Source: Candidatus Oxydemutatoraceae bacterium (GTDB lineage Bacteria > Pseudomonadota > Gammaproteobacteria > Poriferisulfidales > Oxydemutatoraceae). From it: a stretch of 64,000 nucleotides of DNA. The notes beneath the pieces were generated by a model. That model was not told the origin of the DNA. It searched no databases and was given only the letters and a program-made list of their open reading frames with translations. The translations under genes and the position numbers were made by a program. Each line of letters opens with the position of its first letter. Position 1 is the first letter of the stretch. This document shows, one piece after another, positions 50,448 to 62,596 of the stretch. The stretch spans positions 768,001 to 832,000 of the forward strand of contig CBDCOZ010000003.1 in assembly GCA_965220085.1 (NCBI GenBank), read 5' to 3'.

Positions 50448-51308
50448 CTATTTCATACCGAAGAAAAAAGCAAAAGGGTCGGATATTTCATGAATATATA
50501 TTAATCCGATAATACTCGCAAAGGCCAGATATGGGCCAAATGCGATTTCCTCCTTAAGCGCGCGTCGTCGCAGAACGACGAGGGCGAGGCTGGCAAAAAT
50601 CCCGCTGACAGAAGCGATTAGAATCACGCCGGGCAATGCCTCCCAGCCCAGCCAAGCGCCGATGGCCGATAGCAATTTGAGGTCTCCTTGGCCCAAGCCG
50701 TGCTTGCCGGATAGCAGTCTAAATGATTGTTTTATAAAGAGAAATATGACATAGCCTGCGATGGCGCCGAAAACCGCGCTGGTGATGTCGGCGAACAGGC
50801 CGAAGCTGTTGCAAACCAGTCCGGCCCACAGCAGGGTCAGTGTCAGTTCGTCGGGCAGGATTTTCTCACGCTGATCGATACAAGCCAGCGCCAGCAAAAA
50901 TGTCGCCGCGATGACAGCGGCAAGAAAATGCCATGTCGCCCCGTAGACATGGAACATGGTCAGCCATAACGCAAGCGTGGCCGCCTCAATCAGAAAATAC
51001 GATTTGATGGGCGCGCGGCAATACGCGCAGCGCCCTTTGAGAAAGACGCAACTGATCAGCGGAATGTTGTGTCGCCACTTGAGTTTCTTTTTGCACTCGG
51101 GGCAATGCGAAGCGGGCAGGCAGAGCGATAGCCCGGAGTCGGCGTCGGCGTGAGGCGCTTCGGCCAGAAACTCTTTGCACTCCGCGCGCCACTTGCGCTC
51201 AAGAATTTTGGGAAGGCGGCAGATGACAACGGTCAGAAAACTGCCTATGCATGCGGCTATCGCAACGATCGCAATAAGCGACAACCAGTGGTTGGCAAAA
51301 ATATCCAA
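50448..51308 (-). CDS. pilD: Prepilin peptidase
   Basis: GSFLTVVICRLP, CPEC...CAYC, ILPD, GDLKL, FGPYL. Confidence 0.93.
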   Translation of the reverse strand: MDIFANHWLSLIAIVAIAACIGSFLTVVICRLPKILERKWRAECKEFLAEAPHADADSGLSLCLPASHCPECKKKLKWRHNIPLISCVFLKGRCAYCRAPIKSYFLIEAATLALWLTMFHVYGATWHFLAAVIAATFLLALACIDQREKILPDELTLTLLWAGLVCNSFGLFADITSAVFGAIAGYVIFLFIKQSFRLLSGKHGLGQGDLKLLSAIGAWLGWEALPGVILIASVSGIFASLALVVLRRRALKEEIAFGPYLAFASIIGLIYIHEISDPFAFFFGMK

Positions 51309-51341
51309 ACTTATCGTTCCAAGTATCTATATCAGTGCGGA

Positions 51342-52517
51342 TTATAGAACAGTTCCCAGATTAAATATCGGCAGATACATAGAAGCCACGATCCAGCCGA
51401 TAACAACGGCGGTTACCAGAATCAGAGCGGGCTCTGCCAGTTGGATGAGTTTGCCCGCATAATCCTCAATTTGATTGTTGTAATACTCCGTAATCTGTCG
51501 CAGGGCGCTCTCAAATTTGCCGCTGCTTTCGCCGACACTGATCATTTGCTCAAAGAACTTGCCGAATATTGCGGCGCTTTTGACGGATTCGTATAAGCTG
51601 CCGCCCCGCATCAGGTGTTCTTTGAGCCGGATGATTCTCTCAATGAATACCAGATTGGACGAGGTTTGCGGCAACCACGCCAGCGTCTGATCGATCGGAG
51701 TGCCCGCTTGGTAAGAGACTTTGACCAACATGGCAAACAGATATTGCAGGCGGGCTTTGTTCAATTTTCCGATCACCGGAAGCTCCAGCATCAGCCACGA
51801 GACGATGTAGCGCACAGAGCGTATCTGTCTGTAGAGCACGATCAGCGCTCCGAGCGACAGGGCGATGGAAGAGAACACAAGCGCGCCGTGTCGGATGATA
51901 AAGTCCGATGCTTGAATCGTAATTTGAGTGTACGGCGGAAGGTTCTCCGCGCCTTGATACAAGGCGGCGAATTGCGGCACCACGCTGGTAAGCAGCAACA
52001 CGCTGACACCCAGCGCGGTGCACAGCACGGTCAGCGGGTATATCGACGCCTTTTTCATTTTTGAAGCCACTTTTCGTTGCCGCTCTCTGTAGTCCGACAA
52101 GGCTTCCAGCAAAGGCACGATCTGTCCGCTGCTCTCGCCGACTTGCATGATGCGCGCGATAAATTGATTGCGCGGCTCCAGATGCGGTTCCAGACTTTGC
52201 GCGAGCGACTCGCCGCTTTCTATCCTGTTCCACACCTGTCGGAGTATGTGATGCAGTTCGCGCGGCGCTTGGCGGCGCAACAGGTTAAACACATCGGCCA
52301 AAGGCAGGTTGGCCCCGAGCAATGTCGCAAGTTGCATCAGCAGAAAGTCTATGTCTGCGGATTTCAGGACCTGCTTTGACCATACTCGCTTTGCTTTGAG
52401 CAAGATGATATCGCGCAAAGCGAGGTTCGTCTCCAACGCCTTTTTGTTGCGCGCAGTCTCCTCGCCGGAGACAGGTTCTCCGCTGACAGTCAGCCCTTTC
52501 CACTGAAAGAGTTTCAA
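51342..52517 (-). CDS. pilC: Type IV pilus platform protein (GspF family)
   Basis: FQWKG, QLATLL, VGESSG x2, YPL, MYLPIF. Confidence 0.9.
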   Translation of the reverse strand: MKLFQWKGLTVSGEPVSGEETARNKKALETNLALRDIILLKAKRVWSKQVLKSADIDFLLMQLATLLGANLPLADVFNLLRRQAPRELHHILRQVWNRIESGESLAQSLEPHLEPRNQFIARIMQVGESSGQIVPLLEALSDYRERQRKVASKMKKASIYPLTVLCTALGVSVLLLTSVVPQFAALYQGAENLPPYTQITIQASDFIIRHGALVFSSIALSLGALIVLYRQIRSVRYIVSWLMLELPVIGKLNKARLQYLFAMLVKVSYQAGTPIDQTLAWLPQTSSNLVFIERIIRLKEHLMRGGSLYESVKSAAIFGKFFEQMISVGESSGKFESALRQITEYYNNQIEDYAGKLIQLAEPALILVTAVVIGWIVASMYLPIFNLGTVL

Positions 52518-52727
52518 TGCAAGCGACCGGGCGGCGCAGTGTTCCCGCTGCCGATACGGCTCCGGTGTGTGATGGCGGCGGTAGTTACCGCCGCCATCAC
52601 TGCCGCCGTCACTGGGTCGTGCCGGAGGTCGCCGTCACAGTCGGTGGTGTTAGCCACCGCCGCCACTATTGCTACCGCCATCGATTGAGGTTTCTTCTGA
52701 GCTAATCGCGCGACGCTTAATCTAAGG

Positions 52728-53213
52728 TCATGACTCGCTACCATCGGCTGGGGTTTCTTCTGAGCGACAGTTGGCCGGCAGGTACTCACCGCCTATATTA
52801 TCTGTTTCACCGTCTTCGGTGGTGGTGCAGTTCCATGTCAGCGTGCCATTACTCACTTCCGCTTCCAAAATGAGCACTGTGTTATTAAGGTCGGTGCTGA
52901 CTTGGTCGCTCAAAGTCATCTTCAATTGTCCTACACCACCGTCTTCTGCCGTACCATAGCTTACACCTTGGATGTACTCGGTCGAAAAATTAGTGGTGTT
53001 AATCCCGGCTGCAGCCGCATCGGCCGGAATCTTTCCGGTGTTCAGATAAGATTCCGCAATCAAAGTTTTGAACGAACTGGCGACGGTCAATGCCTCGGCA
53101 ATCTTCGCCCGTATTGTATAATTTTGATACGCGGGCACCGCCAGCGATAAAAGAATTCCGACGATAGCAATTGCAATCATCAGTTCAATCAAGGTAAATC
53201 CATTTTTTCGCAT
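52728..53213 (-). CDS. pilA: Type IVa pilin
   Basis: GFTLIELMIAIAIVGILLSLAVPAYQNY; C-terminal WNC...YLPANC disulfide region. Confidence 0.95.
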   Translation of the reverse strand: MRKNGFTLIELMIAIAIVGILLSLAVPAYQNYTIRAKIAEALTVASSFKTLIAESYLNTGKIPADAAAAGINTTNFSTEYIQGVSYGTAEDGGVGQLKMTLSDQVSTDLNNTVLILEAEVSNGTLTWNCTTTEDGETDNIGGEYLPANCRSEETPADGSES

Positions 53214-53321
53214 TGTGTTTTTCTCCTAAAAAATAGAATAATGAAGGTATTTTTCTCAAACAAACAGACTGGGTTCAAAGTATTTTTACCAGCGGTCGCT
53301 TTTTATGGATGAGGTGCGACA

Positions 53322-54929
53322 ATGAGTCTGAAAATCGCTGTGGCGCAACAAGATTTCACGGTCGGGGATGTGCGGGGGAATGCCGCAAAGATCATAGAGA
53401 CGGTACGCTTTTCGCGCAGCAAGAGGGCTGCCTTGGTTGTATTTCCGGAGTTGGCGGTGACGGGTTATCCGCCGGAGGATTTGCTCTTGCGCCGCGATTA
53501 CCTCGACGCGAGCGATCGCGCTATCCAACAGATTGCGGCCGAGGTCGGCGCGGGGATTGACGTGATCATCGGCGCGCCGATGCGCGAAGGGGAACATCTG
53601 TTTAATGCCGCGCTGCACATTGCCGATCATCGTATCGCCAATGTGTATCACAAGCGGAAGCTGCCGAACTACGAAGTATTTGACGAAAAGCGATACTTCA
53701 AAGAGGGGCATACGACCGGAGTCTTTGCCATAGGCGGTCACCGTTTGGGCGTGACGATCTGCGAAGACATTTGGGATGCGGCTGCCGCCGCGGACGCAAA
53801 GCGCGCAGGCGCGCAGTGCATCATAAATATCAACGCGTCTCCTTTTCACATTAAAAAGCAAGCGCAGCGCGATGCCATATTGCGCCTGCGTCATGCCGAG
53901 ACGGGCTTGCCGTTGGTATACGTCAATCTCGTCGGCGGACAGGACGAGTTGGTGTTTGACGGCAGTTCCGCCGCATTGAATCGGCATGGCAACAGCATCC
54001 TCAGGGCGCCGTCTTTTGAAGAGGGGGTCTATTTCTGTGACCCGTTTGCATCCGAGGCGCCGCCGCAAGAACCCGCCGCGGCAGAGATTGAATTGATTCG
54101 CCGCGCGTGTGTGACCGGCTTGGCCGATTACGTCTCAAAGAACAGTTTTGAAGGTTTGGCGGTCGGGTTGTCGGGCGGCATAGACTCGGCGGTCTCTTTG
54201 ATGATCGCGGTCGATGCGGTCGGCGCTAAGCGCGTGAAGGCGGTTACGATGCCATCGCCGTATACCGCGGCACAAGGGATAGAAGATTCCTACGCGCTGG
54301 CTCGCGCGTTGGGAACGGAGATGATTCAAGTCCCGATAAGCAAGGCTTTTGACTTGATGTGCCGCGAGTTGCGCGATGCTTGCGGCGACGGCTTAACGGG
54401 AACCGGCAAAGAGAATTTGCAAGCGCGCATCCGCGCCTGTTTTCTGATGGCGATTTCCAATCGCTATCGTCTGATGGTTGTCTCCACTTCCAACAAGAGC
54501 GAATTGGCGGTCGGCTACACAACCCTCTACGGCGACATGATAGGCGGCTACGCGCCGCTCAAAGACGTATTCAAGACGCAAGTCTATGAACTGGCGCATT
54601 ACTATAACCGCGAGCGCGCCGTGATTCCCGAAAACATGATTTGCCGTCCGCCATCGGCGGAATTAGCGCCGGGGCAGAAAGACAGCGACAGCTTGCCGCC
54701 GTATCCGTTGCTGGACCGGATACTGAAAGCGTTGATTGAGGACGAGGCGTCGTGCGCGGATCTGGCGGGCGAACAGTTTGACACGGACACGGTTCGCCGG
54801 GTGCGACAGATGATCGCGGACAGCGAGCACAAGCGGCGTCAAGGCGCGCCCGGCGTTAAGATCACCCCGCGCGCATTCGGCAAAGATCGGCGTTATCCGG
54901 TGAGTTGCCGGTTTGACTTTGCGTCATAG
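53322..54929 (+). CDS. nadE: Glutamine-dependent NAD+ synthetase
   Basis: FPEL, LPNYEVFDEKRYF, ICEDIW, GLSGGIDS, ENLQARIR, PSAEL. Confidence 0.96.
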   Translation: MSLKIAVAQQDFTVGDVRGNAAKIIETVRFSRSKRAALVVFPELAVTGYPPEDLLLRRDYLDASDRAIQQIAAEVGAGIDVIIGAPMREGEHLFNAALHIADHRIANVYHKRKLPNYEVFDEKRYFKEGHTTGVFAIGGHRLGVTICEDIWDAAAAADAKRAGAQCIININASPFHIKKQAQRDAILRLRHAETGLPLVYVNLVGGQDELVFDGSSAALNRHGNSILRAPSFEEGVYFCDPFASEAPPQEPAAAEIELIRRACVTGLADYVSKNSFEGLAVGLSGGIDSAVSLMIAVDAVGAKRVKAVTMPSPYTAAQGIEDSYALARALGTEMIQVPISKAFDLMCRELRDACGDGLTGTGKENLQARIRACFLMAISNRYRLMVVSTSNKSELAVGYTTLYGDMIGGYAPLKDVFKTQVYELAHYYNRERAVIPENMICRPPSAELAPGQKDSDSLPPYPLLDRILKALIEDEASCADLAGEQFDTDTVRRVRQMIADSEHKRRQGAPGVKITPRAFGKDRRYPVSCRFDFAS

Positions 54930-54951
54930 CGCCGCTCTGGCAACGACCCGG

Positions 54952-55797
54952 TTAGTTTATCTTCTCAAGTATGATATCGGACATATCCCGCGCGCCTTCC
55001 AACCAGGATTTTTGCTCCTCGCGACCGACTTGCGGAACATAGTCCATTTCTTTGTCCAGCATGTGCGGGTAATTCAGTTTCAGCACGCGCAAGGTGTCGC
55101 GCGCGAGGTCATGGCTGCCGATACGCTCGTATGCCGTCGCCATCAAATACAGACCGTCGGCTGTGTGCTGCGCCCCCTCATACTTCTCAAGCATATACTT
55201 GATGCGGTTGATGGTCGCGATATAACTGCCTTGTTCCAGATAAAAAGCGGCCACCCGAATTTCGTGTATCGCCAACATATTCCTCAGCACGACCAAGCGT
55301 TTTTTGGCGTCCGCGCGATAGGCGCTCTTCGGAAATTTGTTGTGGAGATCGGAGAAGGCGGCAAACGCCATCAGCAGCGACCCGGTGCTTTTGGCGCTCA
55401 TGTCGCGCGGGAGGATGTGGTGGAGCAATGTCTTGCCGCGGTTAAAGTGCGTGATTCCCTTGAGGTAATACGCATAGTCCAGATTGGGATCGCCGGGGTG
55501 GTTTTTGACGAAGCGGTCGGTCAGCGCGATGGTTTTCTCGCTCTCGCCGTTTTTGTAATTCGCATAGGCCGATTCCAGCAGGGCGCGGCGGGCGTATTTG
55601 CTGAACGGATACTTCTGTTCCAACTCCTCGTATTTTTCTATCGCGGAAGCATAATTGCTTCTGCGCAGGTGACCGTATGCCGTGTTGTATATCTTGGTCG
55701 CCGACTCGCTGACTTCGGGTTGATTCGACGAACACCCGCCGACAGCGACCGTCGTTATCGTCGCGAGTAAGATTCCGCTGAGGCTAAAATTTTTCAA
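54952..55797 (-). CDS. bamD: Outer membrane protein assembly factor BamD
   Basis: Lipobox VGGC; YPFSKYA; DYAYYLKG; divergent from rluD. Confidence 0.93.
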   Translation of the reverse strand: MKNFSLSGILLATITTVAVGGCSSNQPEVSESATKIYNTAYGHLRRSNYASAIEKYEELEQKYPFSKYARRALLESAYANYKNGESEKTIALTDRFVKNHPGDPNLDYAYYLKGITHFNRGKTLLHHILPRDMSAKSTGSLLMAFAAFSDLHNKFPKSAYRADAKKRLVVLRNMLAIHEIRVAAFYLEQGSYIATINRIKYMLEKYEGAQHTADGLYLMATAYERIGSHDLARDTLRVLKLNYPHMLDKEMDYVPQVGREEQKSWLEGARDMSDIILEKIN

Positions 55798-55857
55798 GGT
55801 GCGCTAAAATCACGGGGTTTCCAATATTCCGATGACAAATTATAGCGGGTTAATAGA

Positions 55858-56814
55858 ATGGATGGCGATGCGATTTTGACCGAAACCATAAAAGAGGAAC
55901 ACGAAGGCCGCCGTCTGGATGTCGTGTTGGCAAATATTTTCTCCGATTATTCGCGAAGTTATTTGCGTAATTGCATCATCGGCGGGCGCGTATTGGTCGA
56001 TGGTCGCATCCTGCGCCCCCGGGACCGGGTGCGCAGCGGGTCGCAAATTGCCTTCGCCCCTCCCGCCGACAAAGCAACGGAAGCGGAAGCGGAAGCGTTG
56101 CCGTTTGTGATCGCTTATGAGGACGACGACTTGCTGGTTGTGAACAAAGCGGTCGGCGTGGTCGTGCATCCGGCGCCGGGGCATCCAAGCGGCACGTTGC
56201 TAAACGGCTTGTTGCATTATTGTCCGGCATTGGCCGAGCTTCCGCGCGGCGGCATCATTCACCGCCTTGACAAAGACACCAGCGGTTTGTTGGTGATTGC
56301 CAAAACGCACAAGTCGCACAAGTCCTTGGTCGAGCAATTGCGCAAGCGGGATATGGAGAGGCATTATTTTGCGATCGCATGGGGGACGGTGACGACCGGG
56401 GGCAAAGTGGACGCTCCGATCGGGCGTTGCCGGCATGACCGCAAACGCATGGCCGTAGTTAGCAACGGGCGCGATGCCTTGACCCATTATCGCGTGCTTG
56501 AGAGGTTCGCGGCGCATACGGCGCTCGGTGTGCGGCTGGCAAGCGGGCGCACCCACCAGATTCGGGCGCATCTCTCGCACATCAAACACCCGCTTGTCGG
56601 CGATGCGGTTTATGGCGGCCAGTTCAGGGCGATCGCCGGCTGGTCGCGGGATGATCTGGAGCGGTTGCGGCGGTTTAATCGCCAAGCGTTGCACGCCCGC
56701 CGCTTGCTGCTGACACACCCGGTGACAAACAGAATCTGCGAATGGGAGGCGCCGTTGCCGGATGATATGCTTTCGTTGCTCGCGTTGCTCGGAAGCAAAG
56801 ACAATGCCGGATAG
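55858..56814 (+). CDS. rluD: 23S rRNA pseudouridine synthase D
   Basis: S4 domain, VVHPAPG, HRLDKDTSGL, GRTHQIR, QALHA. Confidence 0.95.
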   Translation: MDGDAILTETIKEEHEGRRLDVVLANIFSDYSRSYLRNCIIGGRVLVDGRILRPRDRVRSGSQIAFAPPADKATEAEAEALPFVIAYEDDDLLVVNKAVGVVVHPAPGHPSGTLLNGLLHYCPALAELPRGGIIHRLDKDTSGLLVIAKTHKSHKSLVEQLRKRDMERHYFAIAWGTVTTGGKVDAPIGRCRHDRKRMAVVSNGRDALTHYRVLERFAAHTALGVRLASGRTHQIRAHLSHIKHPLVGDAVYGGQFRAIAGWSRDDLERLRRFNRQALHARRLLLTHPVTNRICEWEAPLPDDMLSLLALLGSKDNAG

Positions 56815-57562
56815 AATTGACCGGGGCTTTTTGTATCCGAACAAACGGCTGCCGCAAGGGGCGAACATGGTTGTGACGACCCGTATCGGCGGCTTCAGCA
56901 AGCCGCCTTTTGCCGGCTTGAACTTGTCCGATCGGGTCGGAGACGAAACCGCTGCGGTGCAAAAGAATCGCCGCTACCTGCGCCGCGCATTAAACTTGCC
57001 GACCGAACCCGTATGGCCGAAGCAGCGGCATGGCGCCGATGTCTTCGTCGCCGATTCCGCCGCCGCGAATCCTGTCGCCGATGCCACGATTGCGTTTGCG
57101 CCCGGGCTTGTGTGCGCGGTGACGGCGGCCGATTGCTTGCCGATTTTGCTTTGCGATAAGCGGGCGCGACGGGTGGCGGCTATCCACGCCGGTTGGCGCG
57201 GGCTTGCGGCCGGCGTCATCGAGCGCACCGCAGAAGCGCTTCGCGCTCGGCCGCATGATGTCATCGCCTGGCTGGGGCCGGCGATCGGCCCCGATGCGTT
57301 TCGGGTCGGCGATGAGGTGCGCGATGTGTTTGTGGCGGATGACAAGCGCGCCGCGCTCGCATTTGTGCCCGACAATGCCGGTCGCTGGATGGCGAACATC
57401 TATCAACTCGCGCGGCTGCGTCTTGAGCGGCTCGGAATTGCGGACATAAGCGGCGGCTTTCACTGTACGTATCACGACAGCAAACATTTCTATTCGTATC
57501 GGCGCTCCGCCCGCACCGGCCGCATGGCGGCGCTCGTTTGGATTGACGCGCGAGGCGGTTGA
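56804..57562 (+). CDS. pgeF: Peptidoglycan editing factor PgeF (YfiH)
   Basis: TTRIGG, ADCLPIL, AIHAGWRG, LGPAIG, FYSYRR, GRM. Confidence 0.93.
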   Translation: MPDRIDRGFLYPNKRLPQGANMVVTTRIGGFSKPPFAGLNLSDRVGDETAAVQKNRRYLRRALNLPTEPVWPKQRHGADVFVADSAAANPVADATIAFAPGLVCAVTAADCLPILLCDKRARRVAAIHAGWRGLAAGVIERTAEALRARPHDVIAWLGPAIGPDAFRVGDEVRDVFVADDKRAALAFVPDNAGRWMANIYQLARLRLERLGIADISGGFHCTYHDSKHFYSYRRSARTGRMAALVWIDARGG

Positions 57563-57634
57563 TCACAACCGCGTGATCGCAAGGAGACTTGAAATTGCTC
57601 CGCCCGCCCATACATATCCGAATGAGGGCAGAAC

Positions 57635-60217
<2,583 letters not shown>

Positions 60218-60234
60218 GCGACGGCTCCGTGCGC

Positions 60235-60765
60235 TCAGCCCATAAAGGGCAGGCCGTGCCCCATGCCGCCGCCGACCATGCACATGAGCATGGGAATAGA
60301 CAGCAGGGTATTGGCGCGCGATGCCATCAGCGCGACTTTCTTAGCCGAAGCCTTCTCCGCATCGCTCGCCTGTTTGCCGCCGAGTCCGAGAATCTTCTTT
60401 TGATTCGGCCATATCAGCGCCCAGACATTGAACAGCATGATGGTGCCGAGCCAAGCGCCGACTCCGATTACCCGCAACCCTTCGTCGAGGGCAAAGGCGC
60501 CGTGCAGTCCGCCGCTATCGCGCCAGATGATTTCCAGCGCGGCGGCGCCGGTCAGCCAGGTCAGCAGCGCCGAATAGCGAAACCATGCCAGCGCGCACGG
60601 CGCGACATACTTGTTGATCGCGGCGGGCCCGGGACTGCCGTCCTGTGTCGCCTGCGCGACCGCCGGAACCTGTACGAAGTTGAAGTAATAGAGCAGTCCG
60701 ATCCAGACTATGCCGACCAGCACATGCAACCAAACGATGAGTGCGTTCATATTAAGCCAATCCAT
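60235..60765 (-). CDS. Membrane protein resembling the urate hydroxylase PuuD N-terminal domain family
   Basis: WLHVLVGIVWIGLLYYFNF, WFRYSALLTWLTG, GTIMLFNVWALIWPNQKK, SRANT. GGAGG RBS before ATG 60765. Confidence 0.75.
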   Translation of the reverse strand: MDWLNMNALIVWLHVLVGIVWIGLLYYFNFVQVPAVAQATQDGSPGPAAINKYVAPCALAWFRYSALLTWLTGAAALEIIWRDSGGLHGAFALDEGLRVIGVGAWLGTIMLFNVWALIWPNQKKILGLGGKQASDAEKASAKKVALMASRANTLLSIPMLMCMVGGGMGHGLPFMG

Positions 60766-60804
60766 TTGTGCCTCCTTTGTTGTGACGAGAATGAGCGGCA
60801 AATA

Positions 60805-60882
60805 TCATAACAGTACGGATATTATTATTGCCAGAATAAAGCCGCTTACGATAGTATAAAAAACCGAATTAAGTGGGTTCAT
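60805..60882 (-). CDS. 25-aa single-TM small protein MNPLNSVFYTIVSGFILAIIISVLL
   Basis: AAGGAGAG RBS, ATG, hydrophobic helix; directly upstream of the PuuD-like gene; absent from the ORF track. Confidence 0.5.
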   Translation of the reverse strand: MNPLNSVFYTIVSGFILAIIISVLL

Positions 60883-61040
60883 AACATCTCTCCTTATTGT
60901 GCGGTATCCGCTGTGCGGATTCCCAAAATAGTGTGGCTCAAGTATATACCAAGTAAACGACATATTAAATTTCGGTATAATCTCGATACCGTGTTTTTAT
61001 TGCGAATCACGGTAAAATTACGGATTTTCGGGAGCCAAAA

Positions 61041-62585
61041 GTGGGGCCAATTGAACTAAGCTTGTTTGCCAGCCGTTTGGACGGCATTTGCGAGGAGATG
61101 GGGACGCATCTGCGGTGCGCCGCCTTTTCGGTCAACATTCGCGACCGTCTCGACTACTCGTGCGCCGTGTTTGACGCCGACGGCAAGTTGCTGGCGCAAG
61201 CGGCCGACATACCGGTGCACCTCGGCAGCATGGCGTATGCGATGCGCGGCGTTGTCAAACGCTTCGCTTGGTCGCCCGGCGATGCGGCGGTGTTCAACGA
61301 TCCGTATGCCGGCGGCACCCACCTCCCCGATGTCACGTTATTGGCGCCCGTTTTTCATGACGATTGTTTGTGCGGTTTTGTCGCCAACCGCGCGCACCAT
61401 GCGGATATCGGCGCCGACGCGCCGGGCGGCATGCCCTTGTCGTCGCGTCTTGAGCAAGAGGGCATCATCATCAAACCGCAATACCTGATCAAAGGCGGCG
61501 TCTTGGACGACAGTCTGCTCGAGTCTTTTGTCGCCGACTCGCGCAGCCCGGATGACGAACGCGGCGATTATCTGGCGCAGATCAGCGCGAATCGCATCGG
61601 CGCCGCGCGCCTTTGCGAGGTCATCGACGGCATAGGGGAGCGCGCGTGGTTTGACGCGCAGAGCCGGCTAAACCGCTACGGGCGGCAGTTTGCCCGCGCG
61701 GTTGTCGCCAAAATACCGGATGGCGAGTATCGCTTTTCCGATGTGATGGATGACGATGGCTTCGGTCATGCCGATATTCGCATCTGCGTGGCTTTGCGCA
61801 TAAAAGGAACGGCCATCACGGTGGATTTTGACGGCACATCGGATCAGGTGGAAGGCAACATCAACTGCCCCGAAGCGGTGACGGTCGCGGCGGTCTATTA
61901 TGTGTTTCGTTGCCTGCTGCCGGCGTATGCGCCGACTTGTCAGGGCATATTCTCGTTGCTTTCCATCCGCGTCCCCGAAGGTTGTTTTCTGCGCGCGAGC
62001 GATGGTTGCGCGGTTGTCGCGGGCAATACCGAGACCAGTCAGCGGGTGGTGGATTGCCTGCTCGGGGCCTTGGCCGAGGCCTTGCCGCACAAAGCGGTCG
62101 CAGCCAGTCAGGGCACGATGAACAATATTGCGATGGGCAATGCGGGCGCGGACACCGATGCGTGGTCTTATTACGAGACGGTGGGCGGCGGCATGGGCGG
62201 CGGCGAAGGTTTTTGCGGGCATTCCGCCGTACAGACGCATATGACGAACACCTTCAATACGCCGGCGGAGGTTCTGGAGATGAAGTATCCGCTGCGGATT
62301 CGCTCGTATCGCATCCGCCGCGCTTCCGGCGGCGGCGGACGCTTTGCCGGCGGCGACGGTCTGGCGCGCGAATTTGAATTGCTGGCGCCGACTCAATGTA
62401 CGGTACTGACCGACCGGCGACGCCATGCGCCGTGGGGGGGCGCGGGCGGCGGCGACGGATTGCCGGGACGTAACTTTTTCAACGGCGAAGAAGTCGCGGG
62501 CAAGGTATCCGTCATCGCCGCCCAAGGCGATCGCCTGCGCATTGAAACCCCCGGCGGAGGCGGCTGGGGGAAAGTCGAGACATAG
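61041..62585 (+). CDS. Hydantoinase B/oxoprolinase family protein
   Basis: FSVNIRDRLDYSCA, IPVHLGSM, NDPYAGGTHLPD, HHADIG, HMTNT, TPGGGGWG. Confidence 0.92.
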   Translation: MGPIELSLFASRLDGICEEMGTHLRCAAFSVNIRDRLDYSCAVFDADGKLLAQAADIPVHLGSMAYAMRGVVKRFAWSPGDAAVFNDPYAGGTHLPDVTLLAPVFHDDCLCGFVANRAHHADIGADAPGGMPLSSRLEQEGIIIKPQYLIKGGVLDDSLLESFVADSRSPDDERGDYLAQISANRIGAARLCEVIDGIGERAWFDAQSRLNRYGRQFARAVVAKIPDGEYRFSDVMDDDGFGHADIRICVALRIKGTAITVDFDGTSDQVEGNINCPEAVTVAAVYYVFRCLLPAYAPTCQGIFSLLSIRVPEGCFLRASDGCAVVAGNTETSQRVVDCLLGALAEALPHKAVAASQGTMNNIAMGNAGADTDAWSYYETVGGGMGGGEGFCGHSAVQTHMTNTFNTPAEVLEMKYPLRIRSYRIRRASGGGGRFAGGDGLAREFELLAPTQCTVLTDRRRHAPWGGAGGGDGLPGRNFFNGEEVAGKVSVIAAQGDRLRIETPGGGGWGKVET

Positions 62586-62596
62586 CGGGGCGGCCG

